Origin: Azolla caroliniana
Lineage: Eukaryota; Plantae; Polypodiophyta
Assembly: GCA_043228905.1 (NCBI GenBank)
Contig: JBHGNT010000005.1
Coordinates: forward strand, 6,014,001-6,078,000
DNA: 64,000 nt
Reading direction: 5' to 3'
Part shown: piece by piece, positions 26,907 to 39,606 of the stretch
How positions within the stretch are numbered: position 1 is the first letter of the stretch
How the letters are laid out: each line of letters starts with the position of its first letter
Position numbers and translations under genes: made by a program
The notes under the pieces: model-generated
Database searches by the model: none
What the model was told of the DNA's origin: nothing
Seen by the model: the letters and a program-made list of their open reading frames with translations, nothing else

Positions 26907-26980
<74 letters not shown>
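26907..26980. repeat. Compound (AG)n(TG)n microsatellite
   Basis: Read directly. Similar compound repeats occur at about 7962-8020, 31849-31978 and 39435-39567. Confidence 0.95.
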
Positions 26981-26982
<2 letters not shown>

Positions 26983-27501
26983 CGAGCCAGTGACAGAAAG
27001 AGAGATTTCTGAACAACAGCTACTTTTTAGAACCGAAAAACAACAGCAAATACCAAAAACAATTCGCTTTTGCTTTTCAGCAGACCCAATCAAAGCATGG
27101 GAAACCAGCGAGAGTTTTTTTTTCCCTTTTCTTCTTCTTCTTCTTCTTCTTGGAAAGACACAATCAAGAGCCTTCGTAGTAGTAGTATGTAGTAGTTATC
27201 AGACTAGAGTAGTAGTGTAGTCAAATAGAGCTCTCACATTTATTTACCCAGAGAACTGTCTGCACAGACACAATCAAAGAGTCTTCTTAATAGTAGTAGT
27301 TGTCAGACCAAACTAGCGGAGCAGTAATAATCAGAACAAAGACCCTCTCACATTTATTCGTAAAAGGAAACGCCTGCAAAGGTATCTCTATATATCCTTT
27401 GATAGAGCAAATATTACAGAAAGATGGTGAAAAGAGAAGACCGTTATCATAACATAAAAATAATGCTGTTTAGAAAAGGCAAAATATGAAATAAGTCAAG
27501 T

Positions 27502-27567
<66 letters not shown>

Positions 27568-27591
27568 ACACATAGACAACAAAACAAACTC

Positions 27592-27779
27592 GTGTTAAGT
27601 GGAAGGAAGATAATGAATTAATAACCAGAAGCGAAATTCCACTGAATTTTTATTGCTGATGCGCACATCTCATACACACAATAAAATAAACTGGTGTTAA
27701 ACGGAAGGAAGAGAATGAATTAATAATCGGAAGCGAAATTTCACTGAATTTTTATTGCTGATGCACACATCTCATACAG
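27592..27779. repeat. ~102-bp-period tandem duplication downstream of GATL
   Basis: GTGTTAA--GGAAGGAAGA-AATGAATTAATAA...GAAGCGAAATT-CACTGAATTTTTATTGCTGATGC-CACATCTCATAC starts at 27592 and 27694. An older duplicate pair lies at about 27157-27360. Confidence 0.85.
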
Positions 27780-28398
27780 AGATGGGTGCAATTCATGGTT
27801 ATGGTGTATAGGGAACAAGCACGCCAAACCATTACTTACACTGAATGAATTTGTTTTCTTTTCTAAAGAGCAAAATAACTGGAATATGCCTGAGAAGCTA
27901 AGAAAGGTTCCTTTAGGGGGAGAGGTGAGAGAGATTTGATAATGGATATGGCTAATATATGTATGGATTTACTACCATATTTACTCACTCCTTTCAGCTT
28001 AAGAGAATCCTGTAACACTCTGGTAACAAAATTGGATTATCTACACAGGTTTTATCTCTCTATCTTGTGATCCAAGCTGAATACAAATCATCTTCAAAAG
28101 AAACCTTCTTCTATCTTCTGCAGAAATAGCACCACCACCATTATCATCATCATCACAAACAAATTGAATTTGGTTCCACTGAATCATATATCTCAACCTA
28201 GACAAAGTGCAAAAGCCACCATAGCCACAGCACCCAGCGTGAAAATAGCAATGCAAATGTATCGTAACACTGATTCATATATCTCACTGTAAAGAGTTTT
28301 TTCATTCTTTGATCAAATTTTCTGAGCTTCTTCGGAATTGAGAGTGTCTGATCCATACCTCTCTCTCATGCACATAGGAGAGACTGATTATAACCATT

Positions 28399-29793
28399 TC
28401 AATAGAGAGACTTCAGAAATAGATCATACGGTGCCCATAAGCTATCAAGAGGACATGGTTGTTGAGAATCCAACCTGGTCCATGGTTTACCTTCTCCACT
28501 CCAATGAAGAAGACTAACAGGTCCTGGATGAAGAGGTCTACAACTACCTTTCACATTATCTCCACCTAATCCATGTTGATTCCACCTGTGCTCGACAGGT
28601 TGAACAAAACCGGCAAAGACTAGCAAGAATGGTGGCAATGAACCTAGCTCATATATCCTCTTTTCTTTCTGAATCTTCATCCATTGCTCTATCTTTCTTG
28701 AGCAATTCTCTAGTCTCCATTTCGTTAGATCCATTATCATTACACCTGTGTTAAAGTAACAAGGATTTCTGCCATCAAAGGTACTTGAAAGGTCTGGATC
28801 GGACCAAAAAGAAGAAGAGAAATACTTGGTGAAGTTGGCATGGCAATACTCAGGAGCTCCTATGATATGGGATCCCAGACTTGTATTCCATAGCTTAAAG
28901 ATATCATCCACAACTATTAGATCAGAATCGAGGTAGATAACTTTTCCGACACAAGGCTCTAGCAACTCTGCGAGGTAATTCCGTGCATAATTCAGAGGTT
29001 GCTCCAGTGCTTGCCGGACAGATGAGGATATGCGATCTCGGACAAGATTTGCGTCGAAGTGGTAGATCCTGAACTTGAGAAATGGGAATGTGGATGAGAT
29101 CAAATGTCGGAAATCGGCATCAGTGTCAATGTTACCTTCCATGACAAGGAAATGGAAGACAATGTTCTCTGAGCAGCTGGCATGTTGTAAGATAGAGAAG
29201 ACAGCGGCCACAGATCCCCGCAGGTAAGCCACATCCAAGGTCATCGCAATGTGGACAGATACGGGATCACACACAAAATCCAAAGACGTAGGAGGAGAGA
29301 AGCAATTCTCTCCGTTTCTCACACTAGGAGCTTCTTTGAAAATGGAGGAGGAAGAAAAAGAAACAAGAGGAGTGGAGACAAACTTACTGAGACTTGTTGA
29401 AAGGAATGGCGACAGCAATATCTTATGATGATGAGGACGATGTTGATCAGCACTGGCCCAAGAATTATGAATGGAAGGAAAGAGGAGAATGATCAGCGCG
29501 AGAGTAACAGAAGCTACGCCCCATGCTCTCGCTGAACATATCGTCATCATTCTCTCTTTCCAGTTTATTTGGTTAGTATCTTCTTCTTTAGATGATCTTC
29601 TAATTCTGTGCGTTGCATCTTCTGTTCTACAGATACTATAGACGCGAGAGCTGAGGAGGATGGAGAGAAGGAAGAAAAGTTCTTTCAGGTCTGCAAGAGC
29701 AGCGGGCCTCCTCATGATATTAATTGGCGTGCCCTGATCAACTAAGATGTTGCTTCCTTCTGTCGATATTGTAGAGGCACTAGATTCAAACAT
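28399..29793 (-). CDS. GATL: Galacturonosyltransferase-like protein (GT8 family), single coding exon; family-typical start probably at 29550
   Basis: [70 protein letters not shown] (DxD motif), [46 protein letters not shown] and LLHWSG-GKPW-RLD are GATL hallmarks. An N-terminal signal anchor follows MMTIC (ATG 29550). Confidence 0.95.
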   Translation of the reverse strand: MFESSASTISTEGSNILVDQGTPINIMRRPAALADLKELFFLLSILLSSRVYSICRTEDATHRIRRSSKEEDTNQINWKERMMTICSARAWGVASVTLALIILLFPSIHNSWASADQHRPHHHKILLSPFLSTSLSKFVSTPLVSFSSSSIFKEAPSVRNGENCFSPPTSLDFVCDPVSVHIAMTLDVAYLRGSVAAVFSILQHASCSENIVFHFLVMEGNIDTDADFRHLISSTFPFLKFRIYHFDANLVRDRISSSVRQALEQPLNYARNYLAELLEPCVGKVIYLDSDLIVVDDIFKLWNTSLGSHIIGAPEYCHANFTKYFSSSFWSDPDLSSTFDGRNPCYFNTGVMIMDLTKWRLENCSRKIEQWMKIQKEKRIYELGSLPPFLLVFAGFVQPVEHRWNQHGLGGDNVKGSCRPLHPGPVSLLHWSGEGKPWTRLDSQQPCPLDSLWAPYDLFLKSLY

Positions 29794-30263
29794 TTCTCTC
29801 CTCTTCCTTCCCTTCCACAGTTATAACGGGAACCATCTAGTTCTCGCTGAATAATTACTCACGAAGAGATCCTGATCGCTTCTTTCCATCCACAAAGGTG
29901 GCCAAGTCTGATCTGCATTTCACCTCCTCAAAGCACCATAATGGCAAGAAGAATCTTACAGGGGAGGGGATGAAGAAAAGTCAGGTTTTTTTGCAGAAAG
30001 GGATGCGTTTCTTGTGAAGAAATGGCAGCACGAGGAGAGAGTTCGATGGAAAAAGAAGAAGCTTTGTGGCAGGAAAGTGAAGGAGGTTTCCTGTGAAAAA
30101 GTGGAAACAAGAAAGTTAGAAGGGAATGCAAGTGTGAAACAGTGTTCGACGAAGAAGTTTAGTTTTTGAGCAGGAAGGAAGGGGGGTTTCCTGTGAAGGG
30201 AATGGCAACAAGAATGTTAGACGGGAATTCGCGTGTTTGTGTATGTTGTTTGATGTACATTAG

Positions 30264-30306
<43 letters not shown>

Positions 30307-31630
30307 CGCGAAAAGAAAGAGAGAAAGAAAGGGAGGAGTTTGGAGGAAGGAAGGAAGAAGATGGAAAGAGAGTAAAAATAAAATAATATAGTATAGAGAG
30401 AGAGAGAGAGAGAGAGAAAATCAGACGGTTACGGAAGAAGAAGAGGGAAAGGTGAAACTGCACAAACCGGAACTTCAAAAGACTCCAAACAAAAAAGAAC
30501 GCATCTTCATCAATGGAAGAAGAGTGAAGACGATGGAGATGGAGATGAAGATGAAAGATGTCGATGGTGATCAGGATGTTAATGAAGCAAATACACCAGA
30601 CCTTCGAAAGATGCCATGTAAAAAAAGAGTGCATTCACATTACATTACACTCATCATCAACGAATGAGGGAAGACGATGATGCTGAAGAAGATAACAACA
30701 ATGGCTTTGGCTACGACGATGAAGGTGAAGGTGAATCTAAACAAAGGTGAAGAAGGTGAAGGTGAAGGTAAAACTAAAGAACTCCATACTGTCAATGGAA
30801 GCTAAATGAAGAAGAAGATAAGGCGAACGTATATATATATATATATATTTGTAAACACGTCATCAACATAAACCGTAAAATGCCATAAAGACCTTTATCA
30901 CGAGGTTCGGCAAGTACTTGCCGGTTGAAAATATTAGGGTTTCGCTTATCTGGACGAACGAAATGCAGAAGCAAACACAGTGCACAGTAGATCTCACAGA
31001 GAAAACGAAAGTGCGTGTGTGATTGTGTGTGTGAGAGAGAGAGAGAGAGAACGGAATGAATTATCAGTGCAAGTGATGATGATGCTAAAAGAGAACTGAA
31101 GGAGGAAAGTAAGCACAAGATCTGAGGGGAAATGAGACAACTGACTGCACAGTAGAGGTAGATACAATAAGACAAGACAAGAGTGTAATCAGCTGTTGCG
31201 AGTTAACCTGATTATGCAAGGGATAAGAGAAGGCCAACGAATCCCTGCACAAGGTACCATTGCAGCCTTCTAGTTGAAGGAGAAGAGGAAGAAGAAGAAG
31301 AAGAAGAAGAAAGAGAATTACCTTTCATCTGAGCGAAGTTGATCGGGCACAGAACGAAGAAGGAGAAAGGCACCGGTTCATGAGAGGGGGAAGAAGCAGA
31401 AATGGCGATGAGGTGTAGACAAATGCGTGCGTGCGCTTGAAGAAGAAGAAGAAGAAAGCGTAGAGGATTTAGAGTGGAATGGTGATGGAGAGAGAGAGAG
31501 AGAGAAGGGGAGGAGGAGTGCAATTATGAGTACAGTGGTATGTGCAGAAGAAGGAGAGAGAAAAGGACGAAAGAGGAGGAGAGAGGTTTGAGGATATGGC
31601 GAGAGGTGGAGAGAAGCTGCTGTCTCGCCA

Positions 31631-31685
31631 TAGCTTAGCTTAGCTTAGCTTAGCTTAGCTGGGGTGGGGTGGGGTGGGGTGGGGT
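31631..31685 (+). repeat. (TAGCT)6 directly abutting (GGGGT)5, a potential G-quadruplex
   Basis: Read directly: 31631-31660 and 31661-31685, in the upstream/5' region of GATL. Confidence 0.9.
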
Positions 31686-31847
31686 GGAGCAGGCGGGAAG
31701 AAGGCAAGACAGACAAAGCTCTCGTAGTGAGCTTTTCTTCTTCTTTTTCTTCTTCTTCTTCTTCTTCTTCTGCTACTACTGCAGACAATGGAAATGGACA
31801 ACTGTATCCAGCAAAGAATGGGATGAGAGAGACAGACACAGACAGAC

Positions 31848-31894
<47 letters not shown>

Positions 31895-32202
31895 AGGGGG
31901 AGAGAGAGTGAGTGTGTGTCTGTCTGCTTGTGGAGAAAGAGAGAGAGAGAGAGAGAGAGATTATGTGTGTGTGTGTGTTTGTGGTGCATTGAATGCTCCC
32001 TCCCTCCCACCTACATCTAGAATGAAGGATCCACCCAATCTACGGTGGAGAGAGCTTCCTGCGCGCAGCTCGGGAAGATCCCAGCCGTTGGTTTTTTAGC
32101 TATCAGATCTCGATCAGAACCAAGAGTGAGAGGAAATAATGAAAGAGGTCATGAGTTCGAATCCCAGTTTGCTGCTTCTTCTTCTTGGGCTTTGCTTTGT
32201 CC

Positions 32203-32453
32203 CATAGTACGTAAATATACTCCAATGCATTGGCGAACATTCTTTTCATACGAATTCAAAACGAATGCGTATGCTATCAAAACATTCTCATGTTTTTTTT
32301 ATACTTTTTACCTTAACTTTCTTACGTTAAAGTTTTTTTTATTTTATCATAAATAAATAATGAATACAAAAGTATGGTATTTACCATACATACATACTTA
32401 AATGGTGTTTACCATTCTCGAATTCACGTATGTTACGTATGGTTCATACTATG
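32203..32453 (+). mobile_element. hAT-type MITE (251 bp)
   Basis: TIR CATAGTACGTA / TTCATACTATG (9/11 match) and perfect 8-bp TSD CTTTGTCC at 32195-32202 and 32454-32461. A homologous copy lies at 58551-58735. Confidence 0.85.
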
Positions 32454-33258
32454 CTTTGTCCTTTCATGTAAAAGCAACTTTCTCCATTTCTTGTGGTAAC
32501 GCCCCCCCCCCCACACACACACACATTGAAGCTTTATTAAACAACACAGAATGGACACCTAGATGGCAAGAAGAAAGGTATCAATAATTATAATTTATTA
32601 CCATTTGATTAATTAGTCAACTTTACCTTGTAGCAATCAACTTGTCCTAGCAATTTGAAAAAGTCGTTTGACACCTTCAAATTAAACAATGTTCGGCTAA
32701 CTTGGCCGAAAATCCACGAGCTTACCAGCCAACCTAACCCCCCGAGTTTTCATAACTTCAAATTTCCATGCAAATGGTAGTCCCCTATGAAAAGCTCATC
32801 CCAAGCATATTGCTACTTTAGGGTTTAGGTTAAAGTTGATGGGCTCCATGATGAAGCATCTTTACATCTAGGGATCCATTGCTCCCAACCCATAGTACAG
32901 TTGAGATGGGAGGGGAGTCAGACATATTAACATCTACCGGAGGTCTAAATACATCGATAATTATACAATATGCATGGATTCGAGCTATCCATACCAAAAT
33001 AAAAATGATAACTCTAGGTTTTCTAAATATCCGCGAGCCATGAATATCATGTTGATGCATGATGTTGCATTTTAATTCGCAATTGCTCTTTGTATGGTTT
33101 TTTCCAAACATGAACTGTATAATTCTATGCATGGGATGAGTATTGTCAAGGGGACAAGGTATCCAATATTGCTTATTTGAGTGGAGCAAGATTATGACAA
33201 AGTTAATTGGGTGTTTGAGAGTTTCCTCGAAAGGATGAGACTTCATGAGCAATTATCT

Positions 33259-33453
33259 TTATGTTCTAGTGGTGGTATAGCCCACGTGCCTTGTATCCCA
33301 TTATTCATGGTCTCAATTGTCCTTGGCACTCTTATACTTGCTCTTTGATGACACCTTATGTTCTAGTGTTGGTATAGTCCATGTGCCTTGTATCCCATTA
33401 TTCATGGTCTCAATTGTCCTTGGCACTCCTATACTCACTCTTTGATGACACCT
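33259..33453. repeat. 97-bp x2 tandem duplication
   Basis: TTATGTTCTAGTG-TGGTATAG-CCA-GTGCCTTGTATCCCATTATTCATGGTCTCAATTGTCCTTGGCACTC...CTCTTTGATGACACCT starts at 33259 and 33356. Confidence 0.9.
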
Positions 33454-33899
33454 GACGATAAATATGAAGAAAGCCATGACATGTGCATCATGCCTCAATG
33501 GCAAAATCCATCTACATTGCCCCAACAATATTTGTCAAGCCAACATTCTCTCACACACCTTTATATAATCTAGAAATATTTATAACTCAATACTCTGTCA
33601 CAAGAGTGTTGTCAAGGAATGTTGAAGACAACACTTTTTTTTTAAACATTGGAATTATGCTCTCTTTTGAATATATTTATCCCTCCTTGTTCGTCTTTCT
33701 TCTCGCAATAGGTTGACTTCTCTCTATCATAACAATATTGTATAGATTAATACAACACAACAATACAAGAATCCTACAACAAGGATCTAAATCACTCTGA
33801 GGTGTCATAGGATTAACTTATATCAAGTAAACTCCTCGGAGGTCAAGGTCCATGCAAAGGGTCATTGCATGTAGACAATTTTCCCTTTAGCCTACACGC

Positions 33900-35300
33900 C
33901 TCTTATGCTTCTCCATGTTGACTAATGTGCAAAAACCTATTACTCATACTCCAATGGAACAATATATGTGGCAAATACACGAGACAATCAATCAACACTA
34001 CCATGTTCGATAAGGAAAGTTGAATTTGGCTCTTGTACATGGAACTAAGATATCATTTTTGCCAATCACATAGTGAAAGCGCACCATATGATTGAATTCA
34101 AACTTGAGGAGTTCCGCTTCCATCCCAGTGCCCCATTGTTGCCATATAATGGTTGTATTGCTCATACTTTTACATCTACTAGTTGGTCAAACTCAACGTA
34201 TATTCATAAGAGGTGCCCAAGTTAAAGAAACTATATATTGCTTTGTGACGTATAACATGGGAATGTGTGGGGAGATCATTCAATATCACATACTATGCAG
34301 TACCGACTAACTACTTACGAGATTTCTCATCATTAGATTCCATTCATTGATATGGCATATGATCAACACGCCATATCTAGAAAAGTCCAACCTTCCTCTT
34401 GAGTATGGACAACAAATTCTTACCTCCCAATATGTGCACCCTCACATCTTTCTCTTCATCAAGTACCTGTGTTGTGCTCATATTCACCATCATTTTGTCA
34501 CTAGATTATCTCCTCTGATTGAAGTTGAAAATCTCTTGATGTTGAATTTGATTCCATTGACATTGTTAGTATGTTACGGCTGAATTCAGTTATCTTATAA
34601 TCAACGTTTTGTTGTTTTAGGAACTTGTTGATGTGTCCTTGTTTGAGCGAATCATTAAAATTCCAATGGTTGAAGTGTCATCATGTTGTGAGGAAGTTAT
34701 TAAAATTCCAAGTAGTTGATGTGCCAACCTATAAGTAAGAGTTGGATCATAATTTAATTTGCTTTGTTTATTTAAGGGAAAATCTTGCAAACGAATGGTC
34801 AATTCCATGGTCCAACTCATGTTTGATCCAATAACGGCAAAATAGTGACAAAGAAATGATATACATGTGTTTTTTGTTGCACCCCTTGAAGGGGTTCCAC
34901 GATTTTTTATCCCAACGTGTAACTTCATTTATGGGCAAAGATACACATGGATTCACACTCACAACTTACGGGTCAATAATTCCATTTTGTTCTTATACGT
35001 TAACAATAATGCTTATTTCTAATACAATCCATGATCACGTGTAATATATTGTTTGTAAGCATGTGTTGTTTTACATAGGAACTTTGAGTTATTCAACTCA
35101 TACCAAGTATCAAGATAAGAAGAATAAACTTTTTAAGTTGGTCGATAAATAAGGTTTTGATGTGGGCATACAAATTGAACCACGATTCAATATGCTACAA
35201 ACTTAATTGCGATTTGCCACTCATGATATAGTAGATGTTATGAAGCCTCGATATCATAAGAAAACAAGGTACCTCACTACTTCCTACTATACAATGACCA
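33900..35300 (-). pseudogene. Possible very degraded MULE/Mutator transposase remnant
   Basis: Weak minus-strand fragments resemble T-N-SES-N (about 34560) and a SWIM-like W---G-P--H (about 34270). No ORF remains. Confidence 0.2.
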
Positions 35301-38300
35301 ACTTCATCAATTATGGTCATGCTTGTTAGACAATTTTGATAATAAAAATCTAGATTGATTTGATGAAGAACCTACTACGCATGTTTCCAAAAATAAAGAT
35401 GTCAACATGAATGATGAGCATTTGGCACACCTTTCTTTGGAGAGAATGACCTCAAGATAAACTATCGTGAACATGTATGATCCAAAACGAGCATCATTAT
35501 ATTTCTTAATGATCGTAATGCTTAAGGTCTTATATCACAACGTGTATGTTGTAATATGCAAGCCTACATGATGATCATATGTTTATGTTGAAGGCAACTC
35601 CATGAATCTATAAGAATAAGAAATAATCTATAAAAAGTTGTGGTAAGATGAAAAGTAAAATATATTGTTGTACCATGCAAAAGAATACATATGATTCTCT
35701 AACTTTTTTAAGCGTGACAAATCATTTCTATAAACATTTGTTTTATCTTGCTTAATATCTACTGACTCGATGAGTGTTAGTTTAATCAGAAGGCATTCTT
35801 TTTTTCAATTGCTTTAAAATAACGATCATCATTAGGCCGTATTGAAATTGGGAACTTATGAAAGTTTTAATGTAGAAATATCATGTATTAGCAAAATGGA
35901 AGGTCATAATAAGTCAAATGTGTTATGCATTATCATTGGTTACCAATAAGACAGTAACGCCCAACATGTGGAGCTCAAACGATTGGAGTTTCATGCCATC
36001 GGGACAAAGGAATATTTTATAGATGGATTAAGCGGGAGTGCTTCTACTCTACACCGAAGTATTTATTTAAGCCGACAATTAGAATTTAGAAAGTGGCTTA
36101 TTACCGAAAGGTACATCTTTTATTTATAGCCATAGGGTGTTTCTAATTCTTAATACTAATGTAGTATCTTTTTTTTCAAAGAAAAAGTAAATCATTGGTA
36201 GTGAGTCATGATCAACACTTGCATGCAATGAGACTGAAATCCATTGGTGTGCTCACAAGTGCCACACAATGTAGTTTCTTTAGATTGAGGGTGACATGGC
36301 AACGTCACAATTTTTGCAATTTATGACCACCCATTTCAAACTTCTATGTCCTTACCCATTATAGGGTAAAATATTGAAGGTTAGATGAAGAAAGGTGGTA
36401 AATAAATCATTTTATAAAGTTGTAACCATAACAAATGTTTGGTTCTCATATTTGATTCACAAGACACATAGGATACAATATTTTCACGAAGGAAACCATT
36501 GATAATTTGTTGCAGATATTGGCTTAAAACAATTAATTATTGTCCTTGGTAATTCTAACTAAGGGGGCTATTCTGCAATTCTCTTAATCTATTATGTTCA
36601 AGCTCTATACTATTCACCGTAATAGGTGAAATGAAATATATTTGGAGCAAAGTATGGTAACGTGATGTAGTAATTATATTATACTACGTAGCTTCATAAA
36701 TTCACATATATTTAAGCCTCCTTAATGTTTATCTTGACATGATTCAGTATGTATGCCACAACTTAGTTTAGCATATTGATTTGCCAACTCAATTGTCTAA
36801 TTCTCGGGCAAACAAAGACGTGTAACAAATTATAGGACAAACATTGTTTAGATGGTAGACATATTGATACGTAGGATACAATAAATCCCAACAAATGCCC
36901 CATGGTAGAAATTGCACATTACTACCTTTTTATACTCGAAATACCGAAACATCGAATTTTAGGGGGTTTTTTCTTCGTACAAGCGACGCTTCCTCGTGGG
37001 ACAATCATACATATGATAGGTGCACAGAAAATTATCATGTCAACATAATCATTCACTCTATGTCACAATGACAAGGATGCATATACAAAACTTGTAAGCA
37101 ACTCCAAGTGACCATATAATAATATTATGACACCCATGAATGAAGTTTTGGGCAAGCTTTGGATTCGGCTTTATGGTGCAAAAGTGAATTGCAATTAAGG
37201 CAAAAAATATTTATGCACATGATTCCTAAATCTATGCCCTATTAGTAATTTAGCAAAGTTACTTTACTTTTTCACCTCGCAAAGCTACATACAAAGTAGT
37301 CTAGATAATAAGCATAATTATGGACACATTATAAATTATAATAAATACCATTATCTTTACTTCAACATAATGCTTTTGACAATATATTCCGACACATTGT
37401 TAGATACCTATACTTTTTGACATTGTCATTATCGTTTATGGCATCATTTAGAGTGCCATTGGCAACTTCCGACTACTAATATAGTAATATACTAATAACC
37501 ATCATTGATGGTACAAATGTCAACACGGCCATTAATCATATACCATTAACCTAAATTGGAGTGAAAAGTTTTGTTTGATCGATTAAAGAGCAAGAAAAAA
37601 TGTATTTATTCTCAAGGTTCACATCGGGCAAAACATTTTTTTCTAAGAAGTTCTAATTGGGCTTGTCTAAAAAATTGGGAGGACTGAAAAAAAACTTCTT
37701 TTACCATTGCAAACATTTGGGGTTGGACCCAATGACCTGCAAATAGGATTTATTAAAGCCCTTTACGTTGGTCTCACAATCAAAATAAGATGATTGACCA
37801 TTCTTATCCTTGGACCATCAAGTGAGGTACAAAGCTTTTTGATGGGTACCTAGCTTAGACATTCTTTTTTGTTATAAGAACGAATGTATAAATTATATAT
37901 ATACACTAATGAAAGCAATTGGATCTATAAAGCATATATGCATTAGTGTAAGTAGTTATTTTCAAATGAAGATTAGAATTTAGAACACTTATGATAATGC
38001 AACAACAATACTTGTACGTTGGAAACACAAGATTCCAGAATTAATTCTCAAGCAATCGTGTTTGTGGAAATCTATTGAAGGGTGGAAAATAATGTCGGTG
38101 AAGATTTCTTACATTATTGGCAAAATTGCATGTAACATCACCTCCACAAGAGACCATGACTTGTTTTTTATGACCAACAAAGAAAAGTAATATGTAGTGC
38201 CTAAAAATATGAAGCTCTTTCACATGGTATTAATAATCTCGACTCGTGGTAAGGTTCTTGTCTTTTCCTCTTATGCTGAAGTCTTTCCTAAGGTCAATTT

Positions 38301-39017
38301 ATTGTTATGGATGCAAATATGAAGCAAACAATTCGTTATTTCATGACAATTAGACATATGGTTATTTTCCTTGCACCCACTCTCTCGTGTCAACTCAAAT
38401 AGTTGCATGCTACACCTTTTTGTCGTGATGCTTTTTTGCATTGAGTCTTTGATTAATGAGCATAGGTTTCATGGTTTTCCGCCTCAGTTAAGCAAGAATA
38501 TAAGTTGCATGCCATGCTTCTATTACAAAAAGAAAAGGAGGTATTGTGCCATGTGAACAATGATTTCTCTATAATTGTTTGATAACTTATTTATTCCAAC
38601 TCAAGTAAACCCCCAAAAAAGGCTTTTAGCCTCACATTTTTTTGTTGCCACATCAACTTAGACTTCTATAGTAGAGGTTAATGTGATTATTGCATAAGTG
38701 TAACATATATAACCAAGCTGGTGTAAACTGTGTACATGATAAGTTTGCAAATCTTCGTTTGACGTACATCAAGTTTGAAGTCTTCGCACCGCCTATACCT
38801 TACGAGGGTTCACATCTTTGTACGCATCAAATTTGGAACCAGATGAGATTGGGACGAAGCATGTCATACATGTATGGGAATAGTAGTATATGGCAATGTT
38901 TCATGAAAGGATGCAAATATATCAACATGAATCGAGCATAACCCAATAAAATTTAAGTTGCAATTCTTCCAAGAAGATGTCGGCAGTCTCAAAGGTGTTA
39001 TTCAAAGGTTCCCACAC

Positions 39018-39049
<32 letters not shown>

Positions 39050-39453
39050 TGAGATTTTTTTCCGGTAGGAAATGAACGTGTGGGTGGTACCAACGTACGA
39101 ACAAGGCACAAGTACCCAAGCAAGTTTTTTTGATACATACATACATACAGGTTAAAAACGCTCTAATTTTGATGCCCCAATAAGTGGTGCGAGATCTTAA
39201 ACAGATGGGAAAAGAGCGCGGGCTCCGATAAGATCATACGATGGTATTATCATCGAGGGGCGGGTCATGAAGTGTCCGGGGAATGCGTGAGAGGCTTCCA
39301 CGAGTTCTCTAACTAAATGGCCGCCCTAAGTAGAGAAGCAGATAAACCACTCATTTCCTCCAAAATGAGTTAATCTCATGTCCTTCTTGCCCAAGTTCTA
39401 TAAGGGCATTTCAGGAATTACAGAAAACCTGCATACACACACACACACACACA

Positions 39454-39509
<56 letters not shown>

Positions 39510-39606
39510 TCTCTGTCTCTGTCTCTGCTTCTGTCTCTGTCTGTCTCTGTCTCTGTCTCTGTCTCTCCGAAACGTTCTCTTCTTCCCTCTCGCAGACAAG
39601 CAGCGG

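Noticed and set aside
30166-32099. Many 60-127-aa ORFs rich in ER, CV, SL or HT repeats
   Set aside because: They are microsatellite read-through with no domain signal.
32110-32170. tRNA gene suggested by GTTCGAATCC
   Set aside because: No cloverleaf or A-box at proper spacing; at most a SINE or B-box relic.
39180-39350. GC-richer stretch considered as a possible structured ncRNA (snRNA, MRP, telomerase RNA)
   Set aside because: No diagnostic motifs or USE/TATA promoter were recognised. It is more simply the promoter of the 39607 gene; an Rfam scan would settle it.
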